Shown here in pieces: positions 39,917 to 50,363 of a stretch of DNA of 61,640 nucleotides; within the stretch, counting starts at the first letter, position 1; each line of letters starts with the position of its first letter. The notes under the pieces are model-generated. The model made no database searches and was not told the origin of the DNA. It was given only the letters and a program-made list of their open reading frames with translations. A program made the translations under genes and the position numbers. Source of the DNA: Flavobacteriales bacterium (GTDB lineage Bacteria > Bacteroidota > Bacteroidia > Flavobacteriales > CAJXXR01); contig JBMYWP010000019.1 of NCBI GenBank assembly GCA_049607525.1, forward strand, positions 1 to 61,640. The letters run 5' to 3'.

Positions 39917-41536
39917 ATGTCAAACGCATTTTTTAATGTACCACACCCAAGCTGCGAGCCCGTAAAAGGTTATGCTCCAGGATCACCAGAAAGAGAAGAA
40001 TTACAAGCAGAATATAATAGACTTAAAAATACAACTTTAGACATTCCAATGTATATTGGATCTGAAGAAGTGAGAACAAATGAATTAGGTCAAATGAATC
40101 CTCCACATGACCATGCACACGTTTTAGGTCATTACCATAAAGGAAACGCTTCTCATGCAAAAGCGGCAATTGAAAATGCACTTTCTGTAAGAGAACAATG
40201 GGCTAACACGAGTTGGGAGCACCGTGCTTCTATCTTTTTAAAATGTGCTGAATTATTAGCTGGACCATTCCGCATGAGAATGAATGCTGCAACCATGTTG
40301 GCACAATCTAAAAATGCCATGCAAGCAGAAATTGATGCAGCATGTGAATTGATAGATTTCTTTAGATTCAATGCATACTATATGATGCAAGTTTATAAAG
40401 AGCAACCAGAATCGGCTCCTGGAATTTGGAACCGTTTAGAACACCGTGGATTAGAAGGTTTTATTTACGCAATTACACCTTTTAACTTTACTTCTATTGC
40501 AGCAAACCTTTGTGCAGCGCCAGCTATGATGGGTAACGTTGTTGTTTGGAAGCCATCTGATGCTCAAGTATACTCGGCACAAGTTATTGTTGATTTATTT
40601 AAGGCTGCTGGATTACCTGACGGAGTAATTAATGTTGTTTATGGAGACCCTGTTGAAATTTCTAATGAAGTTTTTGCTAGTCCAGATTTTGCCGGATTAC
40701 ACTTTACAGGTTCTACTTATGTATTTAAAGAATTGTGGAAACAAATTGGAAACAATATTCACAATTACAAAACATATCCTAAAATTGTTGGTGAAACTGG
40801 AGGAAAAGATTTTATTATTGCTCACGAATCGGCAAATGCTGCTGAGGTAGCAACTGCTATTACACGTGGTGCATTCGAATTCCAAGGACAAAAATGTTCT
40901 GCTGCCTCTAGAGCTTATGTGCCAAAGGCTATCTGGGGAGATGTAAAAACAATTCTAGAAAAACAACATTCAGAAATTACAGTTGGTTCGCCTGAAGACT
41001 TCTCTAACTTTGTAAATGCTGTCATTCATGAAGGATCTTTTGATAAAATTACATCTTACATCGACAAAGCAAAATCTGCAAACGATGCTGAAATTATTTT
41101 AGGTGGTGGATACGATAAATCTAAAGGGTACTTTATTGAACCTACAGTAATCGTAACTTCAAACCCTCAGTTCGAAACAATGTACACTGAATTATTCGGT
41201 CCTGTTATTACAATTTTCGTTTACGATGATTTTGATGCAGCGCTTGAAATGGTGAACAATACTTCGGATTATGCTTTAACTGGTGCTCTTTTTGCTACAG
41301 ATCGTTTCGTAATTGAATCGGCAAGTAAGGCATTAGAAAATTGTGCTGGTAACTTCTATATTAACGACAAACCTACTGGAGCTGTTGTATCTCAACAACC
41401 ATTTGGAGGAGCGCGTTCTTCTGGAACAAATGATAAAGCTGGTTCTATCTTAAACTTGTTACGTTGGGTTTCTCCACGTACAATTAAAGAAACTTTTGTT
41501 CCAGCAAGAGATTTTAAATATCCATTTTTAGGATAA
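39917..41536 (+). CDS. pruA: L-glutamate gamma-semialdehyde (1-pyrroline-5-carboxylate) dehydrogenase
   Basis: 539-aa ALDH-superfamily protein. Catalytic Glu in ETGGKD and Cys in GQKCSAAS. The length and N-terminus are typical of bacteroidetal PruA. Confidence 0.8.
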   Translation: MSNAFFNVPHPSCEPVKGYAPGSPEREELQAEYNRLKNTTLDIPMYIGSEEVRTNELGQMNPPHDHAHVLGHYHKGNASHAKAAIENALSVREQWANTSWEHRASIFLKCAELLAGPFRMRMNAATMLAQSKNAMQAEIDAACELIDFFRFNAYYMMQVYKEQPESAPGIWNRLEHRGLEGFIYAITPFNFTSIAANLCAAPAMMGNVVVWKPSDAQVYSAQVIVDLFKAAGLPDGVINVVYGDPVEISNEVFASPDFAGLHFTGSTYVFKELWKQIGNNIHNYKTYPKIVGETGGKDFIIAHESANAAEVATAITRGAFEFQGQKCSAASRAYVPKAIWGDVKTILEKQHSEITVGSPEDFSNFVNAVIHEGSFDKITSYIDKAKSANDAEIILGGGYDKSKGYFIEPTVIVTSNPQFETMYTELFGPVITIFVYDDFDAALEMVNNTSDYALTGALFATDRFVIESASKALENCAGNFYINDKPTGAVVSQQPFGGARSSGTNDKAGSILNLLRWVSPRTIKETFVPARDFKYPFLG

Positions 41537-41565
41537 TTTAATTCTTAGGAATACAATTTATAAAG

Positions 41566-41597
41566 GCATCAATAGTTTATATTATTGATGCTTTTTA
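41566..41597 (+). terminator. Rho-independent terminator after pruA
   Basis: GCATCAATA-gtttatat-TATTGATGC followed by TTTTT. Confidence 0.7.
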
Positions 41598-41690
41598 GAT
41601 TTTATTTGAATGGAAAAAGATAGAACCCAAAAATATTACTATCTTTGCACTTCAATTTATTATTAACTGTTCAACCGCTGGCGCAACAAT

Positions 41691-42065
41691 GTGAATGTTG
41701 AACAACTAACAAAAACCATTATGGATTTAATTCGCTACGTACAAGATACTTACGTAAAGAAGGCTGATCACCCTGAGTTTGGTGCTGGAGACACAATTAC
41801 TGTGCACTACCAAATTAAAGAAGGTGAAAAAACAAGAATTCAGTTGTTTAAAGGAACTGTTCTTCAAAGAAGAGGTCAAGGAACTACTGAAACATTTACT
41901 GTTCGTAAAATTTCGAATAACGTTTCTGTTGAGAGAATCATTCCGGTGAACTCTCCAAACATCGAGAAAATTGAAGTTAACCAAAGAGGTAAAGTACGTC
42001 GTGCACGTATTTTCTACTTACGTGGATTAACAGGTAAGAAAGCTCGTATTAAGCAAAAGAGATAG
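41691..42065 (+). CDS. rplS: 50S ribosomal protein L19 (start possibly the MDLIRY methionine at 41721)
   Basis: ...[73 protein letters not shown]... Confidence 0.9.
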   Translation: MNVEQLTKTIMDLIRYVQDTYVKKADHPEFGAGDTITVHYQIKEGEKTRIQLFKGTVLQRRGQGTTETFTVRKISNNVSVERIIPVNSPNIEKIEVNQRGKVRRARIFYLRGLTGKKARIKQKR

Positions 42066-42106
42066 TTTAACGCTTTAAACTATATTGATTTTTATATCTA
42101 TTTCAG

Positions 42107-42138
42107 GCCTCCGATTGACTCTCGGAGGCTATTTTTTT
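42107..42138. terminator. bidirectional Rho-independent terminator between rplS and the convergent T9SS-cargo gene
   Basis: GCCTCCGA-ttgactc-TCGGAGGC followed by TATTTTTTTG. Confidence 0.75.
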
Positions 42139-42160
42139 GTCCACTATTTTCTAACTTGAA

Positions 42161-44221
42161 TTATAATTTTAATAGCTTTTTTCTAATCAACTTTCCATTA
42201 CCACAGTCTATTTCAACATAATACAATCCTGAATTATTGTTTAAGTTAAATTCAATTTCTTTGGCATTTTGGTAGTAAGAAGCACTTAGTTCTTTACCCA
42301 AACTATCAAATAATTTTATTATTACAAATTCAAATTCTTCATATAAATATAGGGTAACAACATTTGAAGAAGATGGATTAGGAACAATAGAAACCAATGC
42401 ATTAGATTCTTCTTCAACCAAACCAATAGTTTCTAAATAAATGCACTCTGAAGTATCTATGCAATCATTGTCGCTAATTTCTACAGCAAAATAACCTTGA
42501 ATATTTGAAGTAAACGATGATTGGGTTTCGTTTTGAATAACAGAATAATCATCATTGCAATTTAACCATTGATAAGAAACACCTGATGCATTAGACGAAA
42601 TGGTTTGTCCATTTACCTGGGTAGATAAATCAACAGAAGAACCTGTAATTTCTAAATTCAACCGAACTATAGAATCACAACCGTTAGCCGCGCCTTTTGG
42701 AAATACAATTTTAGGAAGGGTTGTACTTTCATTGTAAATAACTCCATTAATCCACTCGTAATCAAAACAAGAAGTAGCATTATAGATTTCTTCGGAATAA
42801 CAAGGCTGTATTCTTTGTACAAAAATATCTTTATGATCTGACGATATTATATTTTGTGAACTGCCTTCAAAACTCAAAGTATCTTTAAAATAACCCAAAG
42901 TATAGAAGTTTCTATAATTGTCTATGGCAATATGGATGGCACGAGTTGAAACTTGATTTCCTATTTGCTTAGCCCATTCAAACTCTCCATTGCCATTAAA
43001 TTTTTGAATAAAAACATCTCTCCCTTCACCTGGATCTAAAATCATTTCTGCACTTCCTGGATCAATGTCTATAGAATCTAAGAAGTAACCTACAGCATAA
43101 ATATCGCCATAAAAATCAGAACGAATCAATGTACCTCCTGAATTGGAGTTATCCATTGGACTTTCAATACTCTTTGCCCATTGAAATTCTCCTAAATCAT
43201 TATATTTTACAACAAACTGATTCGTAGAAGAATGAGCATTAAGAATTGTAGAATCAGAACTTGGATCAAAATCAACTTCACCATGAAACACTCCCGTTGC
43301 AATACAATTACCTTCAAAATCTGTTGTAATATCAAATCCTATATCTATTAAATTATTCCCAAAGGTTCTAACCCACTGAAATTCTCCATCAACGTTTAGT
43401 TTAAGAATAAAGGCATCACTAAAACTAAACCCAGTAGCCGAAACGATATGCTCATTTACATCTAAATCAAAATCACACGAAAGTGTAAATGATCCTGTTA
43501 GGAAAATACTCCCAAATAAATCGGATTTTACACCATGAATAGAAACTATGCCATCCATTTGTTTTACCCATTCAAACTCGCCTAACGCATTAGTTTTTAA
43601 AATGAATATCCTACCATTATTTACGGATAGACTATCGTCTCCAACACCTGTATTGAAGTTTGGACTCCCACTAAATTCCCCAACCACATACCAATTATTA
43701 TCATAATCAACAACCGTATGTCGGATGGTACAACTTCCATTAACTCCAAATTGTTTCGACCAAATAAATGTTCCATTTGCATCGAGCTTTAACAAAAAAG
43801 AACCCCCATTTTCGGCATTCATTTCAGATGTTCCAGATCCTAAATTAAAATCTTTTATTCCTGTAAAATTTCCAGAGAGCACAATCCTATCATCTTCATC
43901 AATTTTTATATTAACAATGTTTACATCAATTGTTTTTATCCAAATTAATTCTCCATATTCATTGAGTTTTTGGATGTAAGAAACAGTATCCTCAAAGAAC
44001 ATTATTTGTTCATCAAATCCAGGATCAAAATCTATGCTATCGCTTATTTGGCCAACAATATAAACGTTTCCAACATCATCGGTTACAATTTCGGTGGCCT
44101 CATTATAGTCAGAGTTCCCAAAACCAAAAGCCCAACTATGTTCAAAATCTTGTGCATTTGCACCAAAATTAAAGAAGAAGAAGAAAAGAGTGATAAATAA
44201 AGTATTGAATATAGTATTCAT
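42161..44221 (-). CDS. secreted beta-propeller (SBBP-like) repeat protein with T9SS type-A C-terminal sorting domain
   Basis: 686 aa. Signal peptide. Approx 40-aa repeats of the form ...GxxxDxxGNxYxxGxFxGxxDFDPG..., and a C-terminal ...IVPNPSSSNVVTLYLYEEFEFVIIKLFDSLGKEL...GLYYVEI... Confidence 0.7.
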   Translation of the reverse strand: MNTIFNTLFITLFFFFFNFGANAQDFEHSWAFGFGNSDYNEATEIVTDDVGNVYIVGQISDSIDFDPGFDEQIMFFEDTVSYIQKLNEYGELIWIKTIDVNIVNIKIDEDDRIVLSGNFTGIKDFNLGSGTSEMNAENGGSFLLKLDANGTFIWSKQFGVNGSCTIRHTVVDYDNNWYVVGEFSGSPNFNTGVGDDSLSVNNGRIFILKTNALGEFEWVKQMDGIVSIHGVKSDLFGSIFLTGSFTLSCDFDLDVNEHIVSATGFSFSDAFILKLNVDGEFQWVRTFGNNLIDIGFDITTDFEGNCIATGVFHGEVDFDPSSDSTILNAHSSTNQFVVKYNDLGEFQWAKSIESPMDNSNSGGTLIRSDFYGDIYAVGYFLDSIDIDPGSAEMILDPGEGRDVFIQKFNGNGEFEWAKQIGNQVSTRAIHIAIDNYRNFYTLGYFKDTLSFEGSSQNIISSDHKDIFVQRIQPCYSEEIYNATSCFDYEWINGVIYNESTTLPKIVFPKGAANGCDSIVRLNLEITGSSVDLSTQVNGQTISSNASGVSYQWLNCNDDYSVIQNETQSSFTSNIQGYFAVEISDNDCIDTSECIYLETIGLVEEESNALVSIVPNPSSSNVVTLYLYEEFEFVIIKLFDSLGKELSASYYQNAKEIEFNLNNNSGLYYVEIDCGNGKLIRKKLLKL

Positions 44222-44327
44222 CGTGTTAAAATATTAATGATTTACAAATAATAACAAGGCTCAATAGAAAATATTGTACAATGCTTTAATTATATTTATT
44301 TTATCTTAATATATATAATTTATTATA

Positions 44328-44585
44328 TTAATACTCAATTTCTAATAAATCACTCGCCATTTTTGATTGACAGGTTAAAATTGAACGCTTAGAATTTTCT
44401 ATTCTCAGAACTTGTCCTTTTACATTTCCTGTTATTAACTTTGCTTTACACAAGCCACATCGTCCTTCAAAACAAGAATGTGGCGCAGGAATATTATTTC
44501 GCTTACAAATGGATAAAATGGAATAATTTTTATCGGTTTGAATGGTATGTGATTTACTATTGATATGAACAATGAGTGTTTTCAT
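44328..44585 (-). CDS. plant-type [2Fe-2S] ferredoxin-like protein
   Basis: 85 aa. Cys pattern C-x4-C-x2-C...C (CFEGRCGLC ... LTCQ). Confidence 0.55.
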   Translation of the reverse strand: MKTLIVHINSKSHTIQTDKNYSILSICKRNNIPAPHSCFEGRCGLCKAKLITGNVKGQVLRIENSKRSILTCQSKMASDLLEIEY

Positions 44586-44637
44586 ATTTCAATCTAGACA
44601 TTTTTTTTGGATTGGGATAAACATTACATTGAAAACA

Positions 44638-45339
44638 TCAATTCATAAACCCTTTTGACGAAATAAATCTGTTAACAAAGCTTTCTTTATATGCCCTACC
44701 AATAGGTAAAACATGTTGATTTTCAATAAAAATCTGATTTCCTAAAACTTTTTCGATAACATTTACATTTATTATATATGATTTATGAATTTGTGTAAAC
44801 ACTGTAGATTCTAAGAAATCTTTCCATTGTTTAAGAGATTGTGATGATAAATATTTTTTTGATTCAAGGACAATTTCTGTATAATCGCCATCGGATTTTA
44901 TGAATAATATTTCATCCAAATTTATTTTCACATACTCATAACCCGATTTAATAAAAATCTGATTCACTTTCTCTTTAGCCTGAATTACAGGGCTCGTTTT
45001 CACCAATTTTTCAATCGATTTTAAAAACCGTTGAAACGAAAAAGGTTTCAGAAGGTAATCCACTACCTCAAAATCATAACTTTCAAGTGCATATTCAGAA
45101 AAAGCGGTAGTTAATATTACTTTTGAATTTGTGTTTACTGTTTTTAAAAACTCTATTCCAGACAATTTGGGTAAATGAATATCCAAAAATATAACATCAA
45201 TTTTATTCGTTTTTAAAAACATCATTGCATCTATCGCATTAGAAAAAACGCCTTTTAGAACGAATTCAGGAACAGATTCTATATAACCTTTTAATAATCT
45301 TTGAGCTGGGGTTTGGTCTTCAATAATGATACAATTCAT
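44638..45339 (-). CDS. LytTR-family response regulator (paralog 1)
   Basis: REC domain (IIIEDQ..., VIFLDIHLPKLSGIEF) plus a C-terminal LytTR DNA-binding domain. Confidence 0.85.
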   Translation of the reverse strand: MNCIIIEDQTPAQRLLKGYIESVPEFVLKGVFSNAIDAMMFLKTNKIDVIFLDIHLPKLSGIEFLKTVNTNSKVILTTAFSEYALESYDFEVVDYLLKPFSFQRFLKSIEKLVKTSPVIQAKEKVNQIFIKSGYEYVKINLDEILFIKSDGDYTEIVLESKKYLSSQSLKQWKDFLESTVFTQIHKSYIINVNVIEKVLGNQIFIENQHVLPIGRAYKESFVNRFISSKGFMN

Positions 45340-45343
45340 AAGA

Positions 45344-46360
45344 CTACTTTATTGGGTTCAATTTTATTGTTAGATCAACGGAATACAAATTTTCTTCCGT
45401 TTTTATGTCTAGTTTATGTGCATTTGGATAGAGCAATTGCAAACGCTTTTTAACATTGGCCAAACCAATACCTTCTGACAATTGTTGAACATTACTTTCT
45501 TCTTGGAAACTATTTTTACACTTAAAAGTAAACGTTCCATCATCCTCTAACCTAATATCAATTTTTATAAAAACATCATTTAAAATACTGGAAGAACTGT
45601 GTTTAAAAGCATTTTCTACAAACATAACAAGCAAATGAGGAGCAATAACTACAGATCCCAAACGCCCCTCTTCATTAAATTTTACGATTCCTCGATCGTC
45701 AAATTGGTGTGTGTTTAAATTGGTATAATCTCTTAAATGTTTAACGTCTTTTGCCAAAACAACCTCTTTGTCTTGACTTTCGTACAACATATACCTGAGA
45801 ACCGAAGATAATTCAAGGATTATATCGGGAGTTTTTGGAGACTGTTCTACAGCAAAAGCATAGATATTATTAAGGTTATTAAACAAGAAATGAGGGTTTA
45901 TTTGAGTTTTCAGAAACTGTAGTTCACTTTCTTGCATCAACTGACTTAATTGTTCTATTTTTTTTCGATTCCAATGGGCATCCCAAGCAAATTTAAATCC
46001 AACCAAAATGGTAATGATTGGTAAAACATCTAAGAGACAATAAAAAACATCATTAAATATTTTTGCACGCATCGTTCCAGGGAAATAAACATGTTCCAAA
46101 TACAATTCTTCTATTAAAATTACCCAGGTAATAGTTAAGACCAGCCCGATTCCAAACTTAATATATTGCTTGTTGTATAAATAGATTGGAACCAAAAGGT
46201 AATTAATAAAACCAGCGGCAACAATATAATTCATAAAAAAGGCAAACTGTTGTTCAGAACAAGATTCCTCATGTCTATCAAATGCATAAAACACAAATAA
46301 TACAACATGAATTACAATTTGATATAAGAATTCTTGGATGTGATGTTTTTGTAATTTCAT
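45344..46360 (-). CDS. LytS-type sensor histidine kinase (His_kinase PF06580-like; paralog 1)
   Basis: Polytopic N-terminus, and H-box QINPHFLFNNLNNIYAF. 4 nt from the RR gene. Confidence 0.8.
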   Translation of the reverse strand: MKLQKHHIQEFLYQIVIHVVLFVFYAFDRHEESCSEQQFAFFMNYIVAAGFINYLLVPIYLYNKQYIKFGIGLVLTITWVILIEELYLEHVYFPGTMRAKIFNDVFYCLLDVLPIITILVGFKFAWDAHWNRKKIEQLSQLMQESELQFLKTQINPHFLFNNLNNIYAFAVEQSPKTPDIILELSSVLRYMLYESQDKEVVLAKDVKHLRDYTNLNTHQFDDRGIVKFNEEGRLGSVVIAPHLLVMFVENAFKHSSSSILNDVFIKIDIRLEDDGTFTFKCKNSFQEESNVQQLSEGIGLANVKKRLQLLYPNAHKLDIKTEENLYSVDLTIKLNPIK

Positions 46361-46582
46361 AAAAACGTGTTGTAAAACAAAGGTATTCTAAATTCTTAAT
46401 AACAAAGATAAGTATCTTTAATCAACCTATTTTTTATGCTCATCGACAATACATAATTTAATAAGTAACCTAAATAAAAAATGTGTATTGTTGTTTGATG
46501 TATTATTTAGGTTGTTTACAGAATTATTTAAAGAACCACAAAAACCTAATCTAGTTTTGTACAAAACAAAATTCAAAAAATT

Positions 46583-48949
46583 ATGTCTGTAAGAAGAATC
46601 ATAATCATATTACTTACTTTATTTCCCTTTTTCACCAAAGGTCAAAACAGCATTGAAGTTACAGGAAAAATACTAGATAAAGCAACCAATTCGCCTATAG
46701 AATTTGCCACAATTGTTGCAAAAAACAAAACAAACAAAACTGTATTAGAAGGTACAACCACAAATGTTGATGGTTATTTTGAGCTTCAGATAAACGCAAC
46801 TTTGGTAGAATTTGAAATAAGCTTCATAGGTTACGAAACCAAAACAATATCCGATTTTGAAAATAAGAATTCAAAAATTGCACTAGGAAACATTTTATTA
46901 GGACCCGATAATAAAATGTTGGGTACTGTAGAATTAGAAACTGAACAATCTCAAACCACTTTTAGAGTTGACAAACGCGTTTTTAATGTAGGAAAAGATT
47001 TAACGAGTCAAGGTGCAAGTGCCTTAGAAGTATTAAACAATGTGCCCTCTGTAGATGTGGATATTGAAGGTCAGATTAGTTTACGCGGTAGTTCTGGGGT
47101 ACAAATGTTAATAAACGGAAAACCTTCTGTTATTCTGAGTAATGGTGGAAATGCACTGGGTTCATTAACTGCAGATATGATTGAACGTATTGAAGTGATT
47201 ACAAATCCATCTGCGAAATATGATGCCGAAGGAACGTCTGGGATTATTAATATTGTTCTTAAAAAAGAAGAAAAGAAGGGTATTAATGGTTCGATCACAT
47301 TAAATACAGGATATCCAAATAATCATAGTATTGGTTTAAGTTTAAATAAACGTACCGAAAAATTCAATTTCTTTTCTCAAATCGGAATTGGATACCGAAC
47401 TTTTTTACGTGAAAGTGAATCTACAAATGAAGATTTTTCCACTAACTCGAAATTAACAACAGATGGCGAAAGTGATAAAAATGAAGAATTTTATAACATT
47501 GTATTAGGAACCGATTACCATTTAAACAAAAGAAATATTATTACACTTTCAGGAAACTTTGCATACGAAAAAGAGGCCGAAGGATCTGAAAATATTTATA
47601 ATCTAACAAACGCTTCATCTCCACAAAATTCATGGGACAGAAATGAAATAACTGATGCAACAAATCCTAAGTGGCAATATGAACTTCAATATAAAAAAGA
47701 TTTTAAGCGCAATAAAAAACAGAGTTTATTGATAAGTGCCATTGGTTCATATTTTGGAAAAGACAAACATTCAGATTTTGAAAATAAACGCATTACTGGA
47801 GATAGTGAAGATGCATTTCAAAGAACTTCAACCAAATTTAAAGAATTAGAGAACACCCTAAAAGTAGACTATACGCATCCATTTTTAGAGGATTTTGAAA
47901 TTGAAACAGGAATGCAATATGTATATAATGATGTGTCTAACGACTATGAAGTAAACAATTTACAAGACGGAACCTTTGTGATAGATTCTAACTTTACCAA
48001 TGTTTTTGAGTTTAATCAGAATGTTTTTGGTAGTTATATAACAGGATCTTATGATGGAACACTTTGGGGTTTAAAAGCAGGATTAAGGGTTGAAAACACA
48101 GATGTTAAAACCGAATTGAAAAACAATAATCAAAAGAAAAACACAAATTACACCAACTTCTTCCCTAGTTTTCATACCTCATACAAAACATCCGACGAGT
48201 TGTCATTCCAATTTGGTTATTCTAGACGTATTTTTAGACCTTCTTTGTGGGATTTAAATCCGTTTTTTAGCTTTAGAGACAATTACAATATTTCTACCGG
48301 AAATCCGAATTTAGACCCGGAATACACCAATTCATTAGAACTAACGGGTATTTACATCCAAAAGAAATATTCTTTGAATTTTGGTGTATACCAAAGAAGA
48401 ACAACAGATGTTATAGAATCGATTAGAACGTTTGAAAACAACATAACCACAAGGCAACCCGAAAATATTGGAAAAAACACGACTACTGGTGTTGAAATGA
48501 ACGTTAAAATAACACCCTCTAAAAGAATAGTGGTTTTAGCCGATTTTAATTTGAATCATTTTAACAGAACAGGATCTTTTGACAATCAGAATTTTGATTT
48601 TACCGGAAGTCGATGGACGTCAAAAATTACCTTAAAGTTAAAATTGCCAAAACATTTAGATGTTGAATTCACTGGAAATTTACGTTCGAGATATAAAACT
48701 GTTCAAGGGAATACACTTGCAACATCTTTTATGAATTTAGGATTACGAAAAAAAATAATGAAAGGAAAGGTTATTGTGAACCTAAGTGTTAGAGATGTTT
48801 TTGAAACAAGAAGACGGGCTCTGGAGTTTAGAGATACACAAAACAGTTTAAGTAGTTTAAGTGAAAGAGGTCGAAGAATAATTTTTGGAATTAGTTATGG
48901 TTTTGGAAAAGGAGAAGCTATGGAATTTTCTGGAAGTAAACGTTTCTAA
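46583..48949 (+). CDS. TonB-dependent outer-membrane receptor with N-terminal carboxypeptidase-regulatory-like domain
   Basis: 788 aa. Signal peptide, a CarbopepD_reg-like N-terminus, plug, and a beta-barrel ending with an aromatic residue (…SGSKRF). Confidence 0.8.
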   Translation: MSVRRIIIILLTLFPFFTKGQNSIEVTGKILDKATNSPIEFATIVAKNKTNKTVLEGTTTNVDGYFELQINATLVEFEISFIGYETKTISDFENKNSKIALGNILLGPDNKMLGTVELETEQSQTTFRVDKRVFNVGKDLTSQGASALEVLNNVPSVDVDIEGQISLRGSSGVQMLINGKPSVILSNGGNALGSLTADMIERIEVITNPSAKYDAEGTSGIINIVLKKEEKKGINGSITLNTGYPNNHSIGLSLNKRTEKFNFFSQIGIGYRTFLRESESTNEDFSTNSKLTTDGESDKNEEFYNIVLGTDYHLNKRNIITLSGNFAYEKEAEGSENIYNLTNASSPQNSWDRNEITDATNPKWQYELQYKKDFKRNKKQSLLISAIGSYFGKDKHSDFENKRITGDSEDAFQRTSTKFKELENTLKVDYTHPFLEDFEIETGMQYVYNDVSNDYEVNNLQDGTFVIDSNFTNVFEFNQNVFGSYITGSYDGTLWGLKAGLRVENTDVKTELKNNNQKKNTNYTNFFPSFHTSYKTSDELSFQFGYSRRIFRPSLWDLNPFFSFRDNYNISTGNPNLDPEYTNSLELTGIYIQKKYSLNFGVYQRRTTDVIESIRTFENNITTRQPENIGKNTTTGVEMNVKITPSKRIVVLADFNLNHFNRTGSFDNQNFDFTGSRWTSKITLKLKLPKHLDVEFTGNLRSRYKTVQGNTLATSFMNLGLRKKIMKGKVIVNLSVRDVFETRRRALEFRDTQNSLSSLSERGRRIIFGISYGFGKGEAMEFSGSKRF

Positions 48950-48976
48950 ATAATTTATCTAAAGAACTATTGAAAA

Positions 48977-49008
48977 AGATGCAGCCTTTAAACTGCATCT
49001 TTTTTTGT
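48977..49008 (+). terminator. Rho-independent terminator after the TonB-dependent receptor gene
   Basis: AGATGCAG-cctttaaa-CTGCATCT followed by TTTTTTT. Confidence 0.75.
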
Positions 49009-49096
49009 TTAAATAAGATTACTCCACAATTAAACGTGTATGGTTTTATTCATATACTAAAGGCATGTTAAATGGTTTTACATATTCTTTTAAATT

Positions 49097-50290
49097 TTGT
49101 GGTTTTATTTACTAAACCTAAGTATTCCGATTATATTTGAAAAAACTATTGACATGAAACTTATTTCCATTGTAATATTTCTTATTGGATTTGGAATCCA
49201 TTCTGGATCTGCTCAAAATACAAAAGCCTTTAAAAAGAAAATGAATTTTTGGATGAGTTGGTATCATATACCTGGAGCTCAAATTGTTTTTATTAAAGAT
49301 GGAAAAATAGATTATTCCTACACTTTTGGTTCTTTAGAATATAAAAAGGATCAAAAAGTGACACCAAATACTAAATTTCAGGTCGGAAAAGTAAATCAAA
49401 TATTTACTGGTTTAGCCTTAATGAGAACCTTTTCTGACAAAACTGTTTCTAAATACAAACCTATCAACGAACAAATAAAAGGATATAAACTAAGAGAGTC
49501 TGTGTTAACAAAACACCATAAAACGCTTCCCAATCAGTTATTGAATCATAGTGGAGGAATTAATAGACCAACGTTTGAACCATTAAAAGAAAACATCGAA
49601 ATATCTACGCTCGATTTGTTGAAAGGGTCTAAACTTACTGGTAAAAAGAAAATTCACAATTTCCAAACGCCGCTCAAATCATACCGATATTCCGAGGGTG
49701 GATTTGTCATTGCAAAATATTTAATAGAGGAGAATTCGGGTCAATCTTTTGGCGAATACTTAAACACATACATCCTACCTCAAATAAAATCTCCTTATAG
49801 AACAAATGGTTTCGAAATACCACGACATGAGCGTGCTCTTGGATACGATTATTCCAAATGGAAGGCTAAAGATGCCTTAAGCTATCCAAATCCATCAGGT
49901 TTTGGAATGTGGATGAGTGCAAAAGAATATGCACAACTTGTTCTAGAAATCTTCGAAAATAAAGAACTTCCAAATTCTATAGACATAAAAGAAAGAGAGT
50001 TTGAGTCGTTTTTGACACCTGTAATAAAAATAAAGGATACACCATTCTCTTCATGTGCAGTTTTTGAAAAACACGATTACGAAAAAGGTATTTATCGTTT
50101 GCAACATAAGAAAGATGGATTTAGATCAACTATGTATTACGACACAGAATCCAAAGAAGGATTTATCATTTTAATGAATTCAGAATTTGATTATTTCTTT
50201 AGAAAGTATGATGGAAAAGTGATGAATAAGTTTCAAAAATTTGCCTCTAAATTTAAAATGACATCCATTTATTCAAAAATTAATCCATAA
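49097..50290 (+). CDS. secreted beta-lactamase/transpeptidase-fold protein lacking the canonical SxxK nucleophile motif (true start probably the MKLISIV methionine at 49154)
   Basis: FQVGKVNQIFTGLALM aligns with the F.IGSVSKTFTA consensus of class-C beta-lactamases and DD-peptidases, with Ser>Lys and Lys>Gln. YSE stands in place of YxN. HSGG (KTG-like) is retained. Confidence 0.45.
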   Translation: MWFYLLNLSIPIIFEKTIDMKLISIVIFLIGFGIHSGSAQNTKAFKKKMNFWMSWYHIPGAQIVFIKDGKIDYSYTFGSLEYKKDQKVTPNTKFQVGKVNQIFTGLALMRTFSDKTVSKYKPINEQIKGYKLRESVLTKHHKTLPNQLLNHSGGINRPTFEPLKENIEISTLDLLKGSKLTGKKKIHNFQTPLKSYRYSEGGFVIAKYLIEENSGQSFGEYLNTYILPQIKSPYRTNGFEIPRHERALGYDYSKWKAKDALSYPNPSGFGMWMSAKEYAQLVLEIFENKELPNSIDIKEREFESFLTPVIKIKDTPFSSCAVFEKHDYEKGIYRLQHKKDGFRSTMYYDTESKEGFIILMNSEFDYFFRKYDGKVMNKFQKFASKFKMTSIYSKINP

Positions 50291-50363
50291 AAACAACGTA
50301 TTTGTAGAGAATCCAATAGGATAAATCCATTTGTTTTTTTTTGTAGTGAATTTCTAAATACAT

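Noticed and set aside
46361-46582. TTTTATGCTCAT string resembling an arm of the 5698-5754 palindrome.
   Set aside because: It is a single half-site with no inverted partner, so it is likely coincidental.
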